From Flavobacteriales bacterium (GTDB lineage Bacteria > Bacteroidota > Bacteroidia > CAIKAF01), in contig JAKRSD010000019.1 of the NCBI GenBank assembly GCA_022402535.1, positions 14,224 through 78,223 on the forward strand: 64,000 bases of DNA, written 5' to 3'. Under the pieces are notes generated by a model that was not told the DNA's origin, ran no database searches, and saw only the letters and a program-made list of their open reading frames with translations. Shown in pieces: positions 58,605-64,000 of the stretch. The first letter of the stretch is position 1, and the number at the start of each line of letters is the position of its first letter. Position numbers and translations under genes: made by a program.

Positions 58605-58645
58605 TGACATTATGTCAAACCGGAGGGTATTGGTACAAAATTCGA
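58605..58645 (+). promoter_or_regulatory. Palindrome TGACAT-T-ATGTCA plus possible -24/-12-like element upstream of grpE
   Basis: Perfect palindrome at 58605-58617; TGGTAC-N4-TTCGA at 58631-58645. Confidence 0.5.
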
Positions 58646-58703
58646 TTCCAAGGCATGAAAGGTTTAAAACAGGTAAATAAACCGCGATTCAATTTTTAAA
58701 GTC

Positions 58704-59267
58704 ATGAGCGAAACGCACGAAATGAACGAAGAGCCAATTACTCCTGAAAGCATTCAGGAAAATGAACAAAATGAGGGCGTACAGGGAGAAAACAATGCAG
58801 AAACTGCCGAAACGGATTCCCAAAATAACTTCGAACAGAAGTATAACGAAACTTACGACCGGTATGTGAGACTGATTGCCGAATTTGAAAATTATAAAAA
58901 ACGGACGGTAAAGGAGCGCATGGATCTTGTCAAAACGGCAGGTGCCGATGTGGTTTCTGCCATATTGCCCGTGGCCGATGATTTTAACCGGGCGTTCAAA
59001 TCGTTTGAAACCGCCACCGAGCTCGACGCCGTGAAGGAAGGCCTCGAACTGATTTATAAAAAATTCTGGAAAGTGCTTTCCGACAAAGGGTTGGAAGAAA
59101 TGATGCCGGCTACCGGCGAGGTTTTCGATGCCGATATTCATGAAGCCATTACCCAGATTCCGGCCCCTTCGGAAGCGTTAAAAGGAAAAATTCTGGATGT
59201 GGTGGAAAAAGGTTTTTCACTCAACGGAAAAATATTGCGTTACCCCAAAGTGGTGGTAGGCGCGTAA
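58704..59267 (+). CDS. grpE: Nucleotide exchange factor GrpE
   Basis: R..AEFENYKKR, LPV.D, FD...HEA, KG..L..K.LR..KVVV. Confidence 0.97.
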   Translation: MSETHEMNEEPITPESIQENEQNEGVQGENNAETAETDSQNNFEQKYNETYDRYVRLIAEFENYKKRTVKERMDLVKTAGADVVSAILPVADDFNRAFKSFETATELDAVKEGLELIYKKFWKVLSDKGLEEMMPATGEVFDADIHEAITQIPAPSEALKGKILDVVEKGFSLNGKILRYPKVVVGA

Positions 59268-59279
59268 ACCAATCAGAAC

Positions 59280-60434
59280 ATGGCAAAAAGAGATTTTTAC
59301 GAGATATTGGAAGTGCCCAAAACGGCTTCCGCGGATGAAATTAAAAAGGCGTACCGCAAAAAAGCCATTCAATTCCATCCCGACAAAAACCCGGGCGATA
59401 AAGCGGCTGAAGAAAAATTTAAGGAAGCGGCCGAGGCATACGAAGTGCTGAGCGATGCCGACAAAAAGGCCCGTTACGACCGTTTTGGTCATGCGGGTGT
59501 GGGCGGAGCAGCCGGGGGCGGAGGCGGGTATTCCGGCGGCATGAACATGGAAGATATTTTCGATCAGTTCGGCGATATTTTCGGGGAAGCTTTCGGATTC
59601 GGTGGCGGCGGACGTTCGCGCGGCGGGGGCGGACAAAGGCCCGTGCACCGCGGTTCCAATATACGCATCAAGGTAAAACTCACCCTGGAAGAAATTGCCA
59701 CGGGTGTAACCAAAAAAATCAAAGTCAACAAATACATTTCCTGCGATACCTGCAAAGGCTCGGGCGCCAAAGGCGGAAATTATAAAAACTGTACCACCTG
59801 CAACGGTTCGGGACAGGTTACCCGCGTTACCGATACGTTTCTGGGCAGAATGCAGACCCGTCAGACCTGCCCAACCTGTGGCGGAGAAGGCAGAACCATT
59901 ACCGATAAGTGCACCAAATGTTATGGCGACGGTGTGGTGCGCAGCGAAGAAGTGTTGGAACTGAAAATACCCGCCGGGGTGGCAGAAGGTATGCAGCTTA
60001 CCGTGCAGGGAAAGGGAAATGCAGGCCCGCGAAACGGACATCCCGGCGATTTGCTGGTGGTGATTGAAGAGCAGGAACACGAGCACTTTGTACGCGACAA
60101 CGAAAATATTTATTACAACCTCAACGTAAATTTTGCGGATGCGGCCATGGGCGCCGAAGTGGAAGTGCCCACGTTGTCCGGAAGGGCTAAAATTAAAATT
60201 GCCCCCGGCACCCAATCGGGAAAGGTGTTGAAACTGAAAGGAAAAGGATTGCCTTCCGTACAGGGATATCAAACCGGCGATTTGCTGGTTACCGTGTATG
60301 TGTGGACACCGCAAAATCTGACCAAAGAAGAAAAACAACTGCTGGAAAAACTGCGCACGATGCCCAATTTTTCACCGGGAGAAGGAGAGCAGGGGAGAGG
60401 ATTTTTCAGCCGTATGAAAGATATGTTTGAGTAG
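59280..60434 (+). CDS. dnaJ: Chaperone DnaJ
   Basis: J-domain HPD, G/F region, four CxxCxGxG repeats. Confidence 0.98.
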   Translation: MAKRDFYEILEVPKTASADEIKKAYRKKAIQFHPDKNPGDKAAEEKFKEAAEAYEVLSDADKKARYDRFGHAGVGGAAGGGGGYSGGMNMEDIFDQFGDIFGEAFGFGGGGRSRGGGGQRPVHRGSNIRIKVKLTLEEIATGVTKKIKVNKYISCDTCKGSGAKGGNYKNCTTCNGSGQVTRVTDTFLGRMQTRQTCPTCGGEGRTITDKCTKCYGDGVVRSEEVLELKIPAGVAEGMQLTVQGKGNAGPRNGHPGDLLVVIEEQEHEHFVRDNENIYYNLNVNFADAAMGAEVEVPTLSGRAKIKIAPGTQSGKVLKLKGKGLPSVQGYQTGDLLVTVYVWTPQNLTKEEKQLLEKLRTMPNFSPGEGEQGRGFFSRMKDMFE

Positions 60435-60518
60435 AAAAGTCGATATATTTCATGCGTTGGGCGAAGCATTGACGTTTCCTTTTTTGTTTAAATAGTACAT
60501 TTATCCAAAATTAACGGG

Positions 60519-61472
60519 TTGACTCCTCTTTTTAAAGCTGAACAGATTGTAAAACGCTTCGGGAAGCACATCGCTTTGGACAATGTATCCATTGAAGTTC
60601 CCACGCAGCGTATATTCGGGTTGTTGGGGCCTAACGGCGCCGGAAAAACCACGCTCATCCGGATTATGAACCGCATCATTGCGCCCGATTCGGGCACATG
60701 TTATTTCAACGGTAAAGTAATGACCGATGCCGATACCGACCGCATCGGGTATATGCCCGAAGAACGAGGCCTGTATAAAAAAATGTCCGTTTCGGAGCAT
60801 GTGTTATACCTGGCACAACTCAAGGGAATGACCCAATCCGATGCCCGTAAATCGTGGGCAGAATGGGTGGAAAAATTCAATATGCAGGCCTGGAAAAACA
60901 AAAAGGTGGAAGACCTTTCCAAGGGCATGCAGCAAAAGGTGCAGTTTGTATGCACCGTGATACATAAACCGCTGTTTCTTATTCTGGATGAACCCTTCAG
61001 CGGTTTCGACCCCGTGAATGCCGATCTGGTAAAAAATGAGATTCTGGAACTCAAAAAAAACGGAACCACCATCGTGCTCAGCACACACAGCATGGCTTCT
61101 GTGGAAGAACTTTGCGATGATATTGCCATGATTCATAAAGGTCAATGTGTGCTGAACGGCTCGGTGCAGCAGATTCGTAAACAATTCAAAACGGGCGAAT
61201 ACGAAATTGTATTTGCCGGCAATATGGTCACCTTTACCACGGCCCTGTGGGCAGGAGGAAAAATCATCAGCCAGACAAACCTCGGCACCGATTTGTGGAA
61301 AGTGCGTCTGGTGCTTAATCCGCAGGCTAATATCAATGGTCTGCTGCACGAACTCATTCAAAAAGTAGAAATCAAAAGCCTGCACGAATATCTTCCGGGT
61401 ATGCACGAAATATTTGTCAGTCATGTAAAAGAAGGCGAAAAATCGCCGGTTTCGGAGGGCTATACCGAATGA
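60519..61472 (+). CDS. ABC transporter ATP-binding protein (NatA/YhaQ-like)
   Basis: GPNGAGKTT, GYMPEERGLY, LSKGMQQK, LDEPFSG; TTG start. Confidence 0.93.
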   Translation: MTPLFKAEQIVKRFGKHIALDNVSIEVPTQRIFGLLGPNGAGKTTLIRIMNRIIAPDSGTCYFNGKVMTDADTDRIGYMPEERGLYKKMSVSEHVLYLAQLKGMTQSDARKSWAEWVEKFNMQAWKNKKVEDLSKGMQQKVQFVCTVIHKPLFLILDEPFSGFDPVNADLVKNEILELKKNGTTIVLSTHSMASVEELCDDIAMIHKGQCVLNGSVQQIRKQFKTGEYEIVFAGNMVTFTTALWAGGKIISQTNLGTDLWKVRLVLNPQANINGLLHELIQKVEIKSLHEYLPGMHEIFVSHVKEGEKSPVSEGYTE

Positions 61473-62806
61473 AAAAGGTACTGTTAATCATAAAACGCGA
61501 ATACATGACCCGGGTGCGTAAGCGCTCCTTTCTGGTTATGACCTTATTGGGGCCCATGCTTGCCGCTTTGTTATACGGGCTGTTTATCTGGATTGCCGTT
61601 TCAGAAGAAACCCCGTCCGTGCGTATCGGCCTCTGCGATCAGAGCGAACTGTTTATCGGCGACGAAATCATCAGCCAGAATACCCACCTCAACATTTCGT
61701 ATCCGCAGGCACCCAAAATTGTGGACGATGCCAAAGACAGCCTGCGTGCCGGGAAATACGATGCCATTCTCTTTATCCCCCGCGATCCCATCAATTCCTT
61801 CTCCAAAAGTTTTGTGCTTTTTTATGTGGATCGGCTTCCCGTTTCCACGATTAAATACACCGAAGAACTCACCAGCCGTATTCTTGAAGATTATAAACTC
61901 AAGATGAATAACATGAGCAGGCCCGAGTTTGAAATGGTGCGCACCCGCATTACCCTGGAGCAGACCAAGGTGTTTACCGACCCCAAAAAAGAAGACCAGC
62001 GCACCAATGATGCCGCCTTTGTGATAGCCTTTATCAACGGTTTTTTGGTGTATATTCTCATTTTGGTGTATGGCACGCAGGTATTACGCGGGGTGATGGA
62101 AGAAAAACAGAGCCGTATCGTGGAAGTGATTATTTCCAGCGTGAAACCCATTCAGCTTATGGCGGGTAAAATTTTGGGCATAGCCGCCGTGGGACTTACC
62201 CAGTTCACCATTTGGATTGTGTTTTCAGGCATTTGTTTTATGGTGATTTCGCAGATTGTGATGGGCTTTTCCGACCCGGCCCAAATCCGCGAACAGTTGG
62301 AAACCATGGGGCAGTTTACGGCCAATGAAGGCATTGCCGACAAAGCCAATCTGGAGCTTATGGCCGGTATTCTGGGCACTAACCTGTGGGTGGTGTTGCC
62401 CGTGGTATTCTTTTTCTTTGTGGGCGGTTACCTGTTATATTCTTCGCTTTTTGCTGCCGTGGGCGCTTTGGTAGATACCGATTCCGATACCCAGCAGTTT
62501 ATGCTTCCCGTTACGCTTCCGCTTATTTTTTCCATCGCGTTGGCCCAGGTGGCCCTCAAAAATCCGGATGGTAACCTGGCCCTGTTTTTATCCATTTTTC
62601 CGCTTACCAGCCCCATCGTATTTCCGGTGAAGGCCGCTTTTGAATTCGAAGTATCGCACCTGTTGATTTCTATGGGCGTGTTGCTGCTCTCCATTGTATT
62701 GGTGGCCTGGATGGCCGGGAAAATTTACCGCACGGGCATTCTGATGTATGGAAAACGCATCACTTGGAGCGAAGTGTTCCGCTGGCTGTTTTATAGGAAT
62801 GGGTAG
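61469..62806 (+). CDS. ABC-2 permease (NatB/YhaP-like)
   Basis: REY..RVRK.SF, V.EEK.SRI.E, GKI.G, KIYR.GILMYG. Confidence 0.92.
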   Translation: MKKVLLIIKREYMTRVRKRSFLVMTLLGPMLAALLYGLFIWIAVSEETPSVRIGLCDQSELFIGDEIISQNTHLNISYPQAPKIVDDAKDSLRAGKYDAILFIPRDPINSFSKSFVLFYVDRLPVSTIKYTEELTSRILEDYKLKMNNMSRPEFEMVRTRITLEQTKVFTDPKKEDQRTNDAAFVIAFINGFLVYILILVYGTQVLRGVMEEKQSRIVEVIISSVKPIQLMAGKILGIAAVGLTQFTIWIVFSGICFMVISQIVMGFSDPAQIREQLETMGQFTANEGIADKANLELMAGILGTNLWVVLPVVFFFFVGGYLLYSSLFAAVGALVDTDSDTQQFMLPVTLPLIFSIALAQVALKNPDGNLALFLSIFPLTSPIVFPVKAAFEFEVSHLLISMGVLLLSIVLVAWMAGKIYRTGILMYGKRITWSEVFRWLFYRNG

Positions 62807-62813
62807 GGGAGTT

Positions 62814-63098
62814 TTACTTGGTAAATATTATATATTCTTCAACTGGTAAAAGCTCAATCAAGTCAGGATAAATTAAAGCATGATGATCTTTATTATTCAA
62901 AAGTTCAATTTGATATAATTTAGGTGTTTTAATTGAATCACCGCTTTTAAGTAAGAAATGGTTAGAATTTACAATATCAACAATTCTGCAAATTTCTCCA
63001 TCTTTAATTGCAAGTGCGTTGTCGATATAATGTAAGTCTTGTCTCATCGTATTATATGCACTATCCTTAATTTTATAATTATAAATTATTTTTTTCAT
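62814..63098 (-). CDS. Small hypothetical protein, AT-rich, coupled to the RM gene
   Basis: 94 aa; ATGA overlap with the upstream stop. Confidence 0.6.
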   Translation of the reverse strand: MKKIIYNYKIKDSAYNTMRQDLHYIDNALAIKDGEICRIVDIVNSNHFLLKSGDSIKTPKLYQIELLNNKDHHALIYPDLIELLPVEEYIIFTK

Positions 63099-64000
63099 TT
63101 CTTCTTTTCTTTCTCCTTTGTAAATATATCAGCTGTATATTTTTCATAAAGCCCGAATAAAAACTCCACTCTTTGAGCTTCGTTTGAAAACGCTTGTGGC
63201 CTGTAAGCTAAGTCAACGGCTTTGTCTAACTCATTATGCGCTTTAACTAATGCAGAAGGCATTGCTAATGAATCGTAAAGGTCAGCAAGAGAACTATTAG
63301 GGAATAACATCCTTACTTCCAATACTTTTTGGGCTGCTAATTCTATGGCTTTTATATGTTTGTTGCTTGGGTTTTCGGGCCAAGGGAAATTATTGTAAAC
63401 AATTGTATTAGAATAGCTATAATCACTTTTCATTCTTCCGCATGTATATCTCATCCAAGTCATATGCATAGCCGATGTAAGAATTCCGAAATGAAAATTT
63501 GTAGTATAGGGAACAATGAATGTTTTATCAGAAACAATATAATCTTTGGTCAAATAGGCAATCGGTATATATTTTCTGTTTTCAGAAGATACCTTTGGAA
63601 TTACTAAAAAATCAGTTTCAGGTTGCCGCTCTTCAGCAAATAAATAGGGTAGATTGCTCATTTTTTTTGTACCGGCTCTAGTGCTTTCTTCTCTAAATTT
63701 TTTAACTAATTTGAATCGCTCCTGAAACTCTTGGATATTTCTAAATTCTGATGGGTCAATATCTTTAAGCCATATACACCATCTTATAGTATTGTTAATG
63801 AAATCGTCACCACTTATAAAGCGCTTGAAAAATATATCTGCTTTTGGCTCTTTTTTAGTTATCAGATTTTTTTCTTCATCTTTAAGTATTAAAAATCCTC
63901 CATCTCTTGCCGCGCTTCCTGATTGCATTTTGGGGACCTTACATATAGGGTTGTTTACTGATAGCAGTACAATATCTTTGCTTTCTACTAAATAGGGGTT
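63095..64000 (-). CDS. MmeI/YeeA-like type IIL restriction-modification enzyme, C-terminal (TRD) part; start lies beyond the window
   Basis: Frame open to the edge (NPYLV...PIC.VP.M); DGG, RWC.WL, P.VSSE.R.YIP, S.MH..W....GR.KSD..YS...VYN.FPWP, LADLYD...MP, AH..LD.AVD..Y. Confidence 0.9.
   Translation of the reverse strand, partial: NPYLVESKDIVLLSVNNPICKVPKMQSGSAARDGGFLILKDEEKNLITKKEPKADIFFKRFISGDDFINNTIRWCIWLKDIDPSEFRNIQEFQERFKLVKKFREESTRAGTKKMSNLPYLFAEERQPETDFLVIPKVSSENRKYIPIAYLTKDYIVSDKTFIVPYTTNFHFGILTSAMHMTWMRYTCGRMKSDYSYSNTIVYNNFPWPENPSNKHIKAIELAAQKVLEVRMLFPNSSLADLYDSLAMPSALVKAHNELDKAVDLAYRPQAFSNEAQRVEFLFGLYEKYTADIFTKEKEKKK

Noticed and set aside
59217-60338. 373-aa ORF antisense to dnaJ (and similar shadow ORFs over other genes)
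   Set aside because: In-register antisense shadow of a codon-biased gene, with no recognisable motifs.

Overview
Chromosomal window of a Bacteroidota bacterium. This is inferred from TAnnTTTG/TTTG promoters, little Shine-Dalgarno signal, the Bacteroidota-type dcw order and the FtsZ C-terminus FLHGNVD. Most of it is housekeeping: an SSS transporter and TPM pair, ispB, purN, rpsT, tRNA-Glu and tRNA-Val, a TPR-kinase/LytTR pair, a mevalonate trio (fni, class II HMGR, GYDIA kinase), zapA-rny, ppk1, engB, the mraZ-ftsZ cluster, grpE-dnaJ and an ABC exporter. Two AT-rich accessory inserts are present: a stand-alone OLD-like ABC-ATPase/TOPRIM gene with an altered Walker A, and the 3' end of an MmeI-like type IIL restriction-modification gene plus a small ORF. 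The most unusual signal is non-coding. A modular, structured repeat family (a hairpin with compensatory changes, a GCCCGGCTTGAGGGC or TCTGCTCGCCGCAGGGC module, and GAGAGT hexamer tails) occurs at two loci, after ftsZ and between the TonB/VWA gene and grpE. At both it lies between roughly 100-bp diverged direct duplications of host sequence, and each copy has kept only the signal its neighbouring gene needs. This suggests an undescribed non-autonomous mobile element with very long target duplications. All calls come from reading the sequence by eye; no database searches were run.
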